A DNA stretch of 64,000 bases, taken from contig OZ249445.1 in the NCBI GenBank assembly GCA_965235115.1, positions 4,340,001-4,404,000 of the forward strand, read 5' to 3'. The position numbers and the translations under genes are program-made. Below are positions 62,884 through 64,000 of the stretch, piece after piece. Source of the DNA: Laetmonice hystrix. Lineage: Eukaryota. Each line of letters begins with the position of its first letter. Positions within the stretch are counted from its first letter, which is position 1. The notes below the pieces were generated by a model. That model made no database searches. It worked only from the letters and a program-made list of their open reading frames with translations, and was not told the origin of the DNA.

Positions 62884-64000
62884 ATACACGTAGAGAGAGA
62901 TACATTGCAGTCATCAAAGTTAACACACACGGGCTTAAACCTATACGTCACTTAAATAGATAGGACATTAACTCCAGACCATTTCACCATTGAGAGGAAT
63001 AAAGTATGAAACAATTACATGACGCCATCGATCTTATATTTAATTGAAAGTGACGTATTTCAAAGGGGGTGATAATTAAGAGAATTGAAATTGATGATAA
63101 AATGGTGTACACAGGACAACAGACGTCAAAATAATGTAGACCCCAGGGCCTCCGCGGATTGGTCAAGCCGAGTCACGTGACATGAGAAGCGGGGATGATT
63201 GGTGGAGGATGGAATTGTTGATTTATAACGGTGTATGATGGACGGTCAGTTATATTCTAGAACTGATTGGTAGAATGATTGAATAAAGGCTGAAAGCAAT
63301 ACATACGTGGTAAAGGAATAAGCACATGCCTCTTTTCTATCCAAATTCCTTCAAGTATGAAGTTTATTTTAACAAAGTTTCTACTATTAAATCTTCCTTA
63401 AAGTGTAGAAGAGGGCCACTTTAAGACTGCTCCATTGCCTGACTTTGAGGGCTGACAACTTCTGATCCCTTAGTTACATTTTAGAAAATGAAAGTTTAAA
63501 CTGCGACAGTTTGCAGAAAGAATGGCTTGTTTGTAGCAGTCGCTGTCTCAGTTCTGAGGGGCCGCAAGTATTTTCTTGTTCTCGATGGTATCAACACTCA
63601 ATGATACGTCAATCCATGGGAGAAATCCAATAATTTAATGATGTTTGAAATCCACAGTATTGAATTATCTCCAAAAAAACTCTCCTTTTAAGTCCAGCCC
63701 GGGAATCCAGTTGATTCCGCTATTTCTGAAGATTTGTTGGATATCCTGTTCCGAAGAATAAAACAACACCAATGAAATGGTTTTCCGCTGCAGTTGGAAT
63801 CCCAGATGATAAAGACAGAGCAGGACATTTCACAGCTGAGATGGAATCGATGCGCTTCCCTTCAGTTCGCACTAAAGTTTCTGATGTACGTACAAGGAAC
63901 GACTATAGATCCAATCAGACTGCAGAGTCTCAGTTTGATGAACCGATAAAAACCAGTCAGTCCTTAATTAAAGTAGTCAGCATACGGTTGGAAGGAAGTT

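Noticed and set aside
1-64000. tRNA, rRNA or snRNA genes
   Set aside because: No cloverleaf with A/B boxes or rRNA-like segment was recognised by eye. tRNAscan-SE or Infernal would be needed to exclude them fully.

Overview
Eukaryotic (metazoan, invertebrate-like) genomic DNA with spliceosomal GT-AG introns. I reconstructed five protein-coding genes by hand, checking splice phases. In order: (1) the last two coding exons of a small heat-shock/alpha-crystallin protein (+, 47-1219, 5' part outside the window); (2) FANCE (-, 2825-7371, possibly starting at 8164); (3) a PPP1R15 (GADD34/CReP family) eIF2alpha-phosphatase regulatory subunit (+, 8795-11544), head-to-head with FANCE; (4) CCDC91/p56 GGA-binding partner (+, 14683-20668, 14 exons); (5) the 3' 17 exons of a GABA-B receptor subunit 2 (-, 27710-60446, N-terminal exons beyond the window). 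Introns and intergenic DNA hold several MITE-like elements: TTAA-flanked (Kolobok/piggyBac-like), CWG-flanked (PIF/Harbinger-like), hAT-like and unclassified foldbacks. There are also five minisatellites. Most ORFs in the supplied track are chance or repeat-derived. I found no tRNA/rRNA genes, CRISPR arrays or intact transposase. I cannot support a wholly new biological system. The best leads are the stress-element-rich FANCE/PPP1R15 divergent promoter, an ATF4-like overlapping uORF on PPP1R15, a CTCF-motif foldback before CCDC91, a CCAAT/Myb-site minisatellite, a possible internal GABBR2 start exon, and a candidate two-exon microprotein. The species cannot be determined. FANCE argues against Drosophila or C. 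elegans; a marine invertebrate is an inference only.
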